Below, one piece after another: positions 40,448 to 55,500 of a stretch of 64,000 bases of DNA. Position numbers and translations under genes: made by a program. Location of the stretch: contig NC_043011.1 of the NCBI RefSeq assembly GCF_006345805.1, positions 22,828,464-22,892,463 of the forward strand, in the 5' to 3' direction. Numbering within the stretch: position 1 is the stretch's first letter; the number at the start of each line of letters is the position of its first letter. The notes beneath the pieces were generated by a model that was not told where the DNA came from, searched no databases, and saw nothing but the letters and a program-made list of their open reading frames with translations. Source of the stretch: Octopus sinensis. Taxonomy: Eukaryota.

Positions 40448-43400
40448 AAAGAAAAATTAAGAATAAAGAAAAATCATACCACTTTGTTGAACAGATTCAT
40501 GCAAGGGACAACAAATGAGATGAGTTCACTGCGGAAATTGAAGTGATAACAGCTAACAAGTAGCTTGCACAGGCATTGTGTAGCAACTTCTTTCATAACC
40601 TGTTGTATAAAAAAAAAACAGAAACCTTTGATCTAACTTGAACTTAATTAGAACAACCACATAGATAAATTAGTTACACTTCCATAAGTGTGTATTAAAT
40701 AAGACAAACTGTTAAAATAGTGAAGAAATAAAGAAGAGATCCCGTTTAAAATGATGGCCAGGTTAAAAGAGGAAGAGTACTGCTCGTGACATGTTACATG
40801 CCTCCAAGACTTGTCGCAGACAGTGGGATGAAACCAAATTTATGGGTTGATGCAGCACACTGAGATATCAAATTATCTTGGGGGGGGGGGCACCTAGTCC
40901 AATTACTTGCTTAGTGCATGCTGATTAAAGATCAACTATTTGTGCTACAGCTGGTGATGGATTAAGCGTACTATTCAAGAATAGTCGGATAGACTTCCAC
41001 ACAGTTTCCGTCTATCCAAATTCACTTGCAAAACTTGAATCTCTTTGATGCAATGTTAGAAAATGCTTTTCCAAGATACCACATGGTGGGGGGGGGGTCA
41101 AACCTGGAACTATGTGATTGCAATGCAAACATCTTTACCATACAGCCACTACTGCACCTAGCTGGAAAGCAAAATGCTTCTTCACTTATAACAATATGGA
41201 GATTCAATACTACAGTCATTCCATAATAAGGAATAATACATAAGAAAAAGAATTACAAACGAATTTTGCTCACCTTTTTATCATTTAGTTTAGTTTGTGA
41301 TAATGTAGAGTCATCTTTGGGTTCTGAAATTAAAATGAATCATGCAAATATTTAATCCAAATTATTCGTTATTAAGAATTTTGCAATTATTTGGAAATCC
41401 AGTAACAAAAAAGAAAACTGAAAAGAATTACTTTTTAGGCTAAAAAATTTAATTCCAGGAAAATCTACATTAAATATGAACTTCTAGAGTTTCTTGCCTG
41501 GTGTTATACACACACACACCTTCTTTTATATTGACTATTTGATAATTTTACTTTGAAATTATATTTATGGGGCTATCACATAATAAAAACACCACACATT
41601 CCTGTTTTCCTTCTCAGTTTCATGTATAAAAAAGATTTGGTGAAATGAGATTCCATTACTACAGTAGATGTCAGATGATACAACAATCATTTTGGCAATA
41701 TCTACTGTAGCAATTAAAATACAAGACATCTGTTTCTTTCACTTTCACTCTTTATGTAGAAACCTCTTTCTTCTCACTTTATCTATCTCTTCATCGAACT
41801 CAAACACATCTAAGTAATGTCCCCTCCATGTATTTTTGTTTAAACCATTAGCATTTAAACTGATCGCATCTGACCTAAATATTCTACCAGTTTTATCTTC
41901 ATATCAGTCAGAACTGGCCTTTCACACCTGCCCTATAATGTCATTTTAAAAATAAGCAATCACATCATCAAAATCTCAAAGCTATGAGATAGTGCACGAT
42001 CAATTCAAAATAATGCAAATAAATAAGCATTACATTTGACAAAGTAATCTGAATGCTGAAGGGTAAATGTTTGAGCAGGAAATATCAAATATCAAATTTG
42101 CACATTGTTGGAGCATAAGCATATGTTATTTTTCTCAGTTCAATTCAACTCAACAGCAATAATGGAGTAGATCAGTAGATACCCAAACACAATTATTTGC
42201 ATTGTTTAGATGGACACTAAAGTGGCTGTATCCAAATCCACTGGAATGGTTGTGATGCTACAGAATGCATCATAGATAAATGCTATGAAACTATTATTAA
42301 CTTTTACTTTTACATTTACTTGTTTCAGTCATTTGACTGCGGCCATGCTGGAGCACCGCCTTTAGTAGAGCAAATCGACCCCGGGACTTATTCTTTGTAA
42401 GCCCAGTACTTATTCTATCAGTCTCTTTTGCCGAACCGCTAAGTGACGGGGACGTAAACACACCAGCATCGGTTGTCAAGCAATACTAGGGGGACAAACA
42501 CAGACACACAAACACATATATATATATATACATATATACGACAGGCTTCTTTCAGTTTCCGTCTACCAAATCCACTCACAAGGCATTGGTCGGCCTGGGG
42601 CTATAGCAGAAGACACTTGCCCAAGATGCCACGCAGTGGGACTGAACCCGGAACCATGTGGTTGGTTAGCAAGCTACTTACCACACAGCCACTCCTGCGC
42701 CTATGTGAAAAAAAATGTATTAAAATTATGAATACATTCAGCACAAAAAGTAGTTAATTAAATTTATGTTTGGATGTACTCATAAAGAGAAAATAAAGAT
42801 ACAAGTATAAAGAAAAGGTAAATTACAGTAATGCCTTAACATACATATTCCCAGAGACTGCTTGTAAAGTGAAAAGTCATAAAGCAGAGCAATAATTTCT
42901 CATAGTAGCAATGAAATTTTATGACATCATTTTACTCCGTTGCTATATGCAGTTGTGTAGACATGTCAGAATCAGTGTCACCACATGCTGTTTAAACTTT
43001 TTATATCTATATATATAAAACTGAGAATGTATGTGTGTCTGTATGTGTGCATCACTAAAACTCAAGAACTACCCAACCAATTTCATTCAAATTTTACACA
43101 TGCCTTATTTAGGGTCCATGGAGTGTCATGGGCCCAAAAAATTTTCAACTTCTTGCCTAATGCAAAACCAGAGCAATCTATTTTATCTCTTACACTGTTT
43201 CAGTATTAGGTGTCAAAAGTAAAACAATAACATCTCTATTGTAATGTGATATAATAGTTTCACTATTATGGTTTCAATTTCAATTACTTCCACTATGTAT
43301 GTGTATATATATATATATATATATAGGTGCGGACATGGCTGTGTGCTAAGAAGCTTGCTTCCCAACCACATGGTTCCGGGTGCAGTCCCACTACGTGGCA

Positions 43401-43485
43401 CCTTGGGCCCGACCAAAGCCATGTCAGTGGATTTGGTTGACAGAAACTGAAAGAAGTCTGTCCTATATATATGTATGTGTGTGTG

Positions 43486-43529
<44 letters not shown>

Positions 43530-46500
43530 TAAACAGTAAAATTAAATACAGACATGGACAAGAACATGAAACACCACAGAGACGACACAAGAACCACAGG
43601 ACGGGACATTCGAAGCCCTCAGTCATCAGTCAAGAACCAGATCATCTTAGCAATTTCGGCTGATTAATCTTGAGATTGCTCCGATATGGCCAGCCCGCCA
43701 AGGGAAATCTAAGCCAAGCGCATTAGATCCCCTGGAAGAAAGCTTCGAATGTATACAACGAAAGGACGGAAAACGATCGAAGTACACAAACAAAAATACA
43801 GAATACGTGACACCAATAAGAATACAAGAACGTAAAAACAATAACGGTAAAAATAAAAAATAAACAACAAAACAAAACCAGGACGTAGGACAAAGGTCTT
43901 TCGACAGGACGATTTGAGTAGGGGCTGGCTTGTGAGGTTGTGCCTAAAGGCCACGGGGAGACGAACAAATCCGTGTTGCTTCTGAGGCTGCTGAAAACGA
44001 AAAGAGCGCTCAACAGCGGCTAGCTGTCACGTGAGAACAAAAGACAGGAGAAAGGGACAGATGAAAAGGGAGAGAAGGTGGACGAGGGAGGAGAAGAAAG
44101 AGACAGATCGAGGGGGCTGGAGGTGAGAGAGATAGAGAAACGTAGAAAGGGGGGGGGACGGATGGAGAGGGAAAGAACGGAAGTGGAATAAGGGAGGAGG
44201 GAGAGAGAGAGAAAAAGAGACAGATTAAGAGTCGTATCAAAGCTTGAGAAAAAAATATACTTATCGTATAAGGACAATTGTGGATACGTAGCCGCCGATT
44301 ATATAGGTAAACAGTAAAATTAAATACAGACATGGACAAGAACATGAAACACCACAGAGACGACACAAGAACCACAGGACGGGACATTCGAAGCCCTCAG
44401 TCATCAGTCAAGAACCAGATCATCTTAGCAATTTCGGCTGATTAATCTTGATTGATTGCTCCGATATGGCCAGCCCGCCAAGGGAAATCTAAGCCAAGCG
44501 CATTAGATCCCCTGGAAGAAAGCTTCGAATGTATACAACGAAAGGACGGAAAACGATCGAAGTACACAAACAAAAATACAGAATACGTGACACCAATAAG
44601 AATACAAAAACGTAAAAACAATAACGGTAAAAATAAAAAATAAACAACAAAACAAAACCAGGACGTAGGACAAAGGTCTTTCGACAGGACGATTTGAGTA
44701 GGGGCTGATAGCCTCAGGCCAACCAAAGCCATGTGTATATTTGTGTGTGTGTTTGTACCCCACCATTGCTTGACAACCGATGTTGTTGTGTTTACATTCC
44801 CATAGCTTAGCAGTTCAGCAAAAGACTCTGATAGAATAAATACTAGGCTTACAAAGAATAAATCCTGTGGTCAATTTGTTCAACCAACAGCGGTGCTCCA
44901 GCATGGCTGCAGTCACAACTATGCCATTTTAATCCCAAGCAAGGCCAGGTATCTCTGCTAGTTTATTATAAAATAAAACTTGTAAACCCAGGGTCTCATA
45001 AAGGAGGTCCTTGTAAATTGAGATATTACTGTATATGAATTATGCATAAAACTGTGGCACTACATGGTACTGAGGTATGGGTATTGAATGAGAAAGATGT
45101 GGAAACAAAGAAATGGTGATTGAGGCTTGTCTGTGTGGTGTTAATCAACATAACAGAGCACAATAGCTTTAAGAGAGGCAGCTGAGCATTAAAAATATCA
45201 GCTGAAGTATACAAAAGTGACAATATCATTGGTTGGAGCTTGCAAATGTGAATATGCAAGCAGTGCTAAGTCAAAATTTGTCATTTACTGGCAGTAGAGG
45301 ATTGAAGTGGAAAAGGAAAACTGAGAAAGAAGTGATGAGCTCAGATTCCAAGACTGAATATCACAGAAAAATGGGCCAAGAGAAGATATACTACATAGCA
45401 AATCTATCCAAACCATGCTAAAATACTGATGATGACGAAAATATTTCTACTAAAATACAATACTCTTTACTCATTTTTACTTGTTTCAGTCATTTGACTG
45501 CGGCCATGCTGGAGCACCATCTTTTTAGTCAAGCAAATTGACCCCAGGACTTATTCTTTGTAAGCCCAGTACTTATTCTATCGGTCTCTTTTGCCGAACC
45601 GCTAAGTGACGGGGACATAAACACACCAGCATCGGTTGTCAAGCAATGCTAGGGGGACAAACACAGACACACAAACATACATGCACACACATATATACAT
45701 ATATACGACGGGCTTCTTTCAGTTTCCGTCTACCAAATCCACTCACAAGGCTTTGGTCGACCCGAGGCAATAGTAGAAGACACTTGCCCAAGATGCCACG
45801 CAGTGGGACTAAACCCGGAACCATGTGGTTGGTAAGCAAGCTACTTACCACACAGCCAATTCAATAAAATGTGTTTCAGGTTAACACTGAAAAAATAAAT
45901 GGATAATTTGTTCCATCTCATCCATGCAAATGATACTTCACTTTAAAATCACTTTCATTTCATCAATAGAGCTTGAAATTCTAGTAAATATGAATAGCAG
46001 AAAAATCCACAAAGAGCATGACATTCTGAAATGTAACAAACAGGTATGAGAGTAAAAAGAAGGAATACTTACGAGAAACGACTGACCAAAGATATTCAAG
46101 GTAATGTTTGTAAGATTTCAGCAATGATTCTTCAAAACTGTGTAAAACTTTAAATTCTTTTGACATCTAAAATGAATAACTTTGAAGTTAGTCATGGCCG
46201 TAGAAAACTAAATTAACAAATATCATGAATAAGGAAAAGCAGTCAATTTTGGATTTATATGTGTGAATTGTAGGAATAAATACATTTACAACTGGTAGTG
46301 TTTTCAACCAAGTTTTAGTTCTTGTTTCCTCTGTGTGTGTGTGTGTGTGTGTGTGGAGGCGCAATGGCCCAGTGGTTAGGGCAGCGGACTCGCGGTCGTA
46401 GGATCGCGGTTTCGATTCCCAGACCGGGCGTTGTGAGTGTTTATTGAGCGAAAACACCTAAAGCTCCACGAGGCTCCGGCAGGGGATGGTGGTGATCCCT

Positions 46501-49500
46501 GCTGTACTCTTTCACCACAACTTTCTCTCACTCTTTCTTCCTGTTTCTGTTGTACCTGTATTTCAAAGGGCCGGCCTTGTCACTCTCTGTGTCACGCTGA
46601 ATATCCCCGAGAACTATGTTAAGGGTACACGTGTCTGTGGAGTACTCAGCCACTTACACGTTAATTTCACAAGCAGGCTGTTCCATTGGTCGGATCAACC
46701 GGAACCCTCATCGTCGTAACCGACGGAGTGCTTCCTACACATGTGCATGCATATGTATACATGCATTTGTGTTTGCATCTATGGGTCTTCACAGTGACAT
46801 TGCTTCAGCAGTGATGTTTATGTCTCCTATGCACAAAATGTCCAGCAACAGTTCAGTGTGTGAAGACATGGAATAAAAGTACCTTACATGTAAAACATGT
46901 AAGGGTGACATCAATAATTCAGATCCAACCAACAACAGCATAAGAAAAAAGGAGACACAAAAACGAAACGATAAGATCCTACAATGGGTACTACACATCA
47001 GTAATTGCCTAACTTACAATTTTTTTTAAAAATCAGTTAAATTATAAACAAGTCAAAGGTCAAATTATGTCATACTTCTTAGTTTTAGGTTCAGTCTCAC
47101 TGCATAGCACTTTGGGCAAGTGTCTTCTACTATAGCTCCAGGTCTACCACTACCTTGTGAATAGATTTAGTAGACAGAAACTGAAGCATATTGTATATAA
47201 GTTTATATTTCCTTCACTGTTGCTGGTTTACAAACATGGCTTCTTGACAGTGTCATTAGTTTGCAGTCCACCATGAAAGCAGGCTTCTTGACATGTTGGA
47301 GCAAATTTTGTCAGCAAAGAGCTCATTCATACTGTGTCCATAGTTTCCAGTTTTTTGCATAAAACTTGTCCAGGCTGTTAGTAGAAACTCTGCCTCGATG
47401 TACTCTCATCTGACCCATGCAAATATGGGAAAATGGACGTTTAAATGACAGGGATATAGTGGAATAAGAAAGTTGCAATTGATTACACTAATAAAATGAC
47501 AAACAATTGACAGGACATTTGAAATTCACAATAACTTCCATCTAAGCTTAGCTCTCAATACGCTTGTATCTTTAGCCGTAATGATATATCATGATAAGAT
47601 ACAATTCAATTTAATTCAATGCATCTGGTAGTGGCCTGCTTCTGGAGTTCCAGGGTTTTGAGGAATATGGAACCACCCCTTAGCCCCACTTCTTCCTAGG
47701 TCTACTCTAACCTGGAATTGTGGCACTTATCAGGGTCCCAGCTACGAGTTAAATAACGTGTAACCCGGCATGAGCCAAGAAATGCTGAAATCATGAAATG
47801 CAGAATGATGAATATGAATTATTTCAGAAGATGAATTTATTGAGTAGTCAGTATTACTAGATGCTGAGCAGATGAACAGATAACAGTCAACAGCCAGGGT
47901 CAAAAAGTTCAGTTAGCAAACTACTACTATCATCTGTAGCTGTGGTGTGTGCAGATGAGATATTTCAGCTAGCAAAAGGCCAATATAACTTATTGGTTCA
48001 GGCATGTTGCCTGATCGGATGATGTTGATGAGAGTCCTGTATAACTAACCGATAAATGCAGATATTCCTATAGGTCGACGGTCCACTCTGATTTACCTCC
48101 CTTGACATAGAACATTAAAGAATCGTCAGTGACGAATGATAATAAAATATTAATGTTATATTTACAAAAATATATAGAGTATATTTAAAGAACATTTACC
48201 TTTTGTTGCTGTTCTTTTTCAGTTAACTTCCGTATCTTATAGCCAGGAACGATATCTTTGAATATCTCCATGAGAGTAATCATACCAAGTTTGTTGATGG
48301 CAACATCCACGTCAGAGGAGGTGGGGTTTTGCAACATAAGCAGTAATTCTCGCAGCCGGGATATCTGAAATGTATATAAGCCGACAACCGAAACTGAGTC
48401 CCTGTTAACTCGAATTTTACAAGATTATAACAATTCTGTAGAAATAGCAGAATTTTCTCCCATGGTTTTATGTCGAAGAAACCTGTCTAAATAGGTTTAG
48501 CGTGGTGTGTGTGTGTGTAGTTTACATCCATACAATCACTCCAAATCAAAGAAAGTTGTAGTAGCAGCAATCTGTGCAAGAATCAATTTTTAAGGAAGAA
48601 CACACAAGAAACAAGTTCTGCACAGAGCCCTTCAGTGAGGGCTGATGCCCCAACGTAAGATTAAAAAAACTGATTTTATTAAATAAAGATACAAGCAAAA
48701 ACATGCTGCTGTGATTTAGAGGTAAGTCTATACCTATCAGTGATATTAAAAATGATCACTTAACAATATTTACCAACAATTTTAATGATAATTTAATGAG
48801 CTAATCTGAATGTCAGAACCTATATATAGTTAAATATGTTTACATAAACATGAAATTATTTTGTAGTTGGTTTTAACAATATCTAACTGCCAATAACAAT
48901 TGCAACATGGAAGGTGTTTATAAGCCATTTAAAAACACACAGCACAGAATTTTGTCAGTGAACAGGTTGCTGTTTCAGAGTGACAAAGATATTCTGACAA
49001 ATTAAATTCAAATGTTGAAGTGAATCAAACGGTTTTCGTGTGTTTTGAAATAGCTTATAAATACCTTCCACACTGTAACTGTTTTTGTTTCAGTACATGA
49101 TCTCAGATCAAGTCACTTGCTATGCAAGTACATTTCCATAACTACCGACAATATTATTTAAAATCAATAAAATGCAGAAAAGTATATGATGATTGATGTG
49201 AAAGTATATTTTATAGAAACAAGGGCAGCAAATACACAAGATCTGCAGTTTTGGACAGAAAGGAATTAACATGATCCATTAGATGTGTAATTCAAACTTA
49301 TAAGGGAAAGCTGACCACAAGTGAGATGTGAAAACTGTTGATAATATAAATGTATAAAGAACCTGCCTTAACTCTTTCAACTCAGAATTTTTTCTCAAGA
49401 TTTGCATGCATTTTCTCTAAAATTTTGGTAAAACTATAAAGTGTAGATGCTTGTTAGACAGTTTATAATGGTGCCAATTATGTAGACACTATTTTTAGTC

Positions 49501-52500
49501 TGGTACATATTTGTATCATTTGGGTTTTCTAATCTACCATGCATGTACCATTGTATTTCGATGAAGTACTATGTATGTATCAGTTGTATCAAAATACTGC
49601 AGAAAAAAAAAATGAAAATTTCGAATATTATGGAGTAATACGAAGGTTTATCAAAATATTGATTCACAACAAAAGAAGCTTCTCAATAGAACAGTTTTAT
49701 AACACAACTGATACAATCTTAGCTATACAACAGACTACAATGATACAAGTGTATGCCTATACAAAACCACAACGGTACAGGAGTGTACCAGTCAAAATTA
49801 TTTACTTTTAGAAATATGTATTGCAACATTGTTGCAAGAATATTACTATCCAATGCTTAAAAACTATGCACAATATGTTTATGATTAAGTAAATACATTT
49901 ACAGTGAAGAAAATGTTATAAACAACTTATCAAAGCATGAGAACCAATAATAAACACTTAAAACCAGAGCGGTACTATACTGCATCACATAGAATGGGAA
50001 TTCTAAAGATTTTGGTTGTAAAACTTTTGACTGATACAAATATGTACCAACCGGGCCAAAAGGGTTTTAAGCTAATGGTACCAGGTAACTATAACAAATG
50101 CATAGGAAGAAAGTAGATTAGATATCAGAATATTAAAATTCAGAGATGAACTGTTGCAGAATTAGGTTGCATGGAGAGATGTTGTATGATAGTCACTGAC
50201 CAATATTTTGGTTTGAGTTCTTTTTAACCAGTACTTTCTGGTTAACTTTTTAATGCTTCTTGTATCCTATATATTAACGCTAACTTAAATATTGTCTAAT
50301 TTATGTCAACAATAAAAACGAAGGTTGTAAAAATGCAGTAATGATAAATGTATTGTGTCAGAAGGGAGCATTAGTTATGGTGAGTTACAGAATTGTACAT
50401 GACTGAAATCATTGAACTACAAAAATGCAACGTATGTGCAGTCTAATTTCTTAAAATTGCTTTGACAATAGGTATATAAGGTGAGTATAGCAAACAAAAG
50501 TGTTATGCAATTAGAAAGAAATAAAAATGAGAATTACATGTTCATTAGGATTTTCGATAATGGAAAGAGCAAACAGGGCCATCTTTTGCTTGGCTTTTGT
50601 CAAATGTTCTTCTTTTACTAGCATCTGTTCAGCAGCACTAAGATTTGTAAAATCATCATCTTGGTGGTTAAATGCAAATTCTTCATCATCTACATCTTCA
50701 TTCTGACTCTCAGAATCAGATTTATCTTCCTCTTCTTTAGAATCGAAATAAAATAGAAAATATCATATCAATTCCAAATGCACTGAGACAAGTTCTTCAA
50801 TGGGAAAAAAGCAAATCTTGAAGTAACAAACAAGAAACATAAAATTAACCTGAGGGACCAATTTAAATACAAGTCAAAATCAGCCATCACCAGAATTTAA
50901 ATAATTACACCTAAAAATATTCTTCACTAGACTTTTAAATCTTTAGTGCCACTTATTTGCAGTTTTTATACAATCTAATGCTGCTTGAACATTATGAAAC
51001 TAAGATGTTTAAATCCTGGGGATATAAAAATATCATGTGCCACATCATTTTGTCATACCTACTGTATTTGCCAGCATATAAGTCAAATTTTTCAGACCAA
51101 AACTTACAGTAAAAAAAAAAATAAGTTGACAAATACAGCAATACAATTTTAGAGGACTGAAATTTCATGTAAAAAGCAGCAAGATTTGGAAAGATAGTGA
51201 CAATGTTTGAATGTTTAACACTATTTGTTACATTGATTTGTATGCCTGTTTTAAAGCCATGTGAAACCAACAATGCCAAATGGATTTTCTGTTAAGAAAA
51301 TTATATACAACAACAGGTTCTCGTATTTATGTGGATGATTCAGATCCTAAGCTGAAAGTAAGTCAATTACATCAAACTAATAAATTACACTAATTTCATA
51401 ATGAAATTATGTTCTTTGTCTTGTCTATGCAATTCAATGTTTTATAATGCCTACCATTCAGCTCAGTTTGGTTAGCAATACTGTTTGCATGCTAATGTGG
51501 CTAAATTGTTAATAAAGCCTGCTTAAATAAAGCAACTTAGCATAAAATCAATAGAGAGAACTGAATTTGAGAAATCTGATTTTAAGATTGTGACAGTCAC
51601 GATCTATCTTGCTAGGGAATGACAGCCAAATATAGTGGAACATAACAAACCCAATTAGAAAAGTAGATTAAACTTGTAAACAAACCAGATTTTGGAATGA
51701 TTTCACGAGACTGTGGTATTATTTTATTCTTCATTTTGACTGGCAAAAGACGTTTATAAACTTTCTCATCGCCAGCAAAACTATTTCGGGGAGCTTTCTC
51801 ATACGAACTTTCATCTCCCTCTTGCCATTTTCGTTTCTTTGCTTTCTTATTGATACCCCTGTATAAAAGAAAATCACAGTATGTATTATACAATCATAGT
51901 TATATAAAACATTAATTACCTGAATGTTGCATTATATTTGACTCTAACAATTGTAGACTTTATATATCATATTCTATGCATCCAACAACCATTACTGCAT
52001 CACATTTCTTGCAAAGAGATTATTTCAAATAAACTGTTATTCATAAGGAGCACATCCTTTACACAAATCTTACCTATTATAGCAAGCCAATGCCAAAATG
52101 TCAATCTCCAACACAAATAATGTTACCTAAGTGAACATACTTTAACTTACAATAAAACATTTAAGAAGTTATCGGTTACTGGCAACTTGCAATACCAAAA
52201 GCAATATTTTGGTCTGGTGTGTGTTTTTTAACACATAACTGTAGTTTATATACTCTGAAGAGACATAAAGGCTATTATAGCTTTACTCTTGTGAACATAC
52301 AACAAGAAGAATATTTGGGCTGGATATGTACTGAATCACTGAGAATGAGCTCATAAGTTCAAACTTAGAAAGATCATTGTGCTGTACATCTGGTCATAAT
52401 GACTTCTAAATGTGACACAAGACCATAAAATGTTAGGGAAGGGCATATAATTTCAATTGACACCAATACTTGATCGGTACTTATTTTATAACACAAGAAG

Positions 52501-55500
52501 GATGTATGTTAAAATCAACCTCAAAGGAATTGAACTCAGAATGTAAAGTACTGTAGCCTAATACTGCAAATCTGTCCTAGGTAGAACCTACTGCCATAGG
52601 CAAGGCATACAATAACTTTCTATTAAAGGCACAAAGCCAGAAAATTTTGGGGTAGGAGGTTAGTTCATTACATCACTCTGATGCTCCACTGCTACATATT
52701 TCAAAGACCTTGAAAGGATGAAAAACAAAGTGATACCATCACCAGTGCTTATTACAGGGTACCAGCACCCACATCAAAGCGTTTTATGTGGCACCTCAAT
52801 TGTGAAAAGCTGATTCCACCCTTCATAACAAAGAAAAATAAAATGTATTTTACACAAGTATACATAAAAAGAAAAAGGTATATACTGTGTGGTATTTATA
52901 CTGACTTTTCATTTTTAAGGAATGAAATATTTGACAAGTTGTCTTGATAATATTGAAGATCTTCAGCATCAAGAGTATCTTCACACTCCACTTCACTCTC
53001 AGGTTGCGATTCAACTTCTGGAACCTGTTCTTTAGCTTGTTTACGTAGTTGCTTAGTTTTCTCTTTCATTTTAGCTTTCTTTTTCAATTTTGCTTGGTTT
53101 TTATTTGCAATTTTTACATTACTTGTTTTCCCTTTTCCCTTCTTTCTCATATTCTTTTTCGACTGAAAAATTAGTTAGAAAATGTTGATTAGAAAAATAC
53201 ATTTTTTTTCAGTTACTATAATGTATGAAACATCATTTGAAAAATCAATTTCTGAATGTTAAGATATAAAAATCTGAATACAGACATTGTTTTGCATTTT
53301 TGAAATGTTTACATTATTTTACCAAAAGAACTAATAAGAAAACAACATACTTTACAAGAGAGTTATGCATTACCTGCTAGTCTTGCAGGTGAAGTGAACT
53401 TCCAACAGATATTTGCCATACTAGCAAGGTACACTAAGCAAAACCCTCTTCATTATACTGATTTTTGCAACAATAATTTGCTTGTGACATGTCCCAGGGA
53501 GGGACCACTTTATGCACAAGTCACCTCCAACCCTAGACTGATGTTGGGTTGTACTGAGCAGGAAAGCATACTTCAACAACATACCTTGTTAATTAATATT
53601 TGATATCAACCTACCTTGGACTACATAATACAAATATCTCACTTTTTAAAAACCATCCAGCCTTACAGTTCAATTTTATGGAAGAACCTTATGTTCCAAA
53701 AACAAGCTTAACTGAGTCATTTCTACATCGTGATTCTTAAAAGGAATATAATGAAAGGAATTTTCTTTTCTAACAAGGAAAACAAATAGAAATTACCAAC
53801 ATTTTGGACAGCACAGATAAGCTTGTGGATGTTATATGCATATATGAATATGAATGTATATCCATCTGATTCTTTCACATTTGATTTGATATCTGAGATG
53901 TTAAGGCATTCACACCTGGACCACAGGTAAAATGTGAAATGTAGAGGAATTCATACCTTGCCTATCACAATAAGTTATAAAGGCATATCTGTTCTAATCA
54001 GAAGTCAATATAAACATTAACCCTTGTTAAATGATATGATAATCCAGTTTTAGCCCTTTAATATTCAGATAACTATCAAACGTTATTTATTCACATTAGT
54101 TTGAATTAATCATGCATTGTCTCATAGCTTTGAGATTTCAATGATGTGCTCTTATATTTTTGGAATGACCTTGTACAGTAGGTGAGAGAGACCAGATCTA
54201 ACCAGTTTGAACATAAAACAAGAAGAATATTTGGGCTGGATATGGCTGATTTAAATGCTACATTCTCTGTTGCTATGCATTTCAGAATTGGTTGGTCATT
54301 GCCATTTGGTTAATTATACATATAATATATAACTAATATTTACTAGCTTGTTTTCCGATCATACTGTGTAGTCAGAGCACTAATCTCAAACTGACTAAAA
54401 AGCCACATCAAATTAAGAACTTAATCAACATTTTTATTAAAATGTATAAGAAACCTGTATATCCCCCTGTCCTGAGTCTGAAGAGACATAAAGGCTATTA
54501 TAGCTTTGCTCTTGTGACATTAAATTAATATATAAACCTCTCCTCATGATAAAGGAATACTTGTCTATTGCAAGCATCATTCCCAGGGCATTGTAGTCCC
54601 CTGGCAGTGACCACTAAACCAAAAAGTGCAAACAGAACCAATGCCTTTGACAGCTAAATGAACTAAGGAAATAGTAACCATATCTCCTTTAAATTATAAC
54701 TGCTACCATCTTAAAACATAACACAATATATAATATACTATGTCAAAAGAAAAAATGTAATTCTTAATCAGGGCTAACTTAAGATTGAAGAATTTATCCA
54801 CTGACATTCAGAAAAAGAGAAAGAAAGACCATCATAGTAGTATAAAGTTGTCAAAAATTCAATTTTTTTTTGAAAGGAAAAGTATTTGGCTGAATTTAAA
54901 GAACAGTATAGTAGAGAGAAGCCTGGCATATTTCTGAGAAATAGGAAGTGTATAAGTTTAAAAAAACAAAAAGGAACGAAAAACAACTGTTATATGAAAT
55001 ACTGAAACAAAAGTCAAGTATTGTTAACTTCTATTTTAAGAGATTTTAAAATGTAATGAGTTGATGATTTTAAGGCATACCTATACAAGTATGCACCCCA
55101 CCCCCACAAACTTTGTTTCCTCATAATGTCCCGAAAATGGATATTTTTTAATGCAATTGTTTTTTTACAAACATATTAGAAATTCTGAGTATATAGTTGG
55201 GAAAAAATGTTTTGAGTGTGGGGAGGAAAGTTTCTGAAAATTCACAAAAGTCGGTTTTGTTTCCTCATAACTTTCAGGAAAATAAGTATCTTTTTTTTTA
55301 ATGAAATTTTCTACACAAATATTTTTCACAGTGTTGATTACAATTATATCGGAATTTAATACGAAAAAAAAAAAACACAAACTAAAACAAACTGGTGGGC
55401 TTTCTTTTCTAACTGACACACATCACATTTATGTTCAAGATTTCAAATTTCATTTTAGACGTATGTGAATATATGTGTGCGAGCCTACCAAATTTTTTTT

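Noticed and set aside
45425-45450. CTGATGA-tgac-GAAA minizyme-like string
   Set aside because: No stem I or II; it derives from a degenerate (GAT)n retro-tail.
45870-45970. Possible intronic C/D snoRNA (TGATGA...CTGA on the minus strand)
   Set aside because: The C box lacks the purine, there is no terminal stem and no recognisable rRNA guide. No convincing snoRNA was found in any intron by eye.
46354-46430. tRNA-like sequence (also 2558-2630 and 35381-35450)
   Set aside because: It has A/B boxes but continues into a repeated SINE body, with no proper acceptor stem or poly-T terminator.
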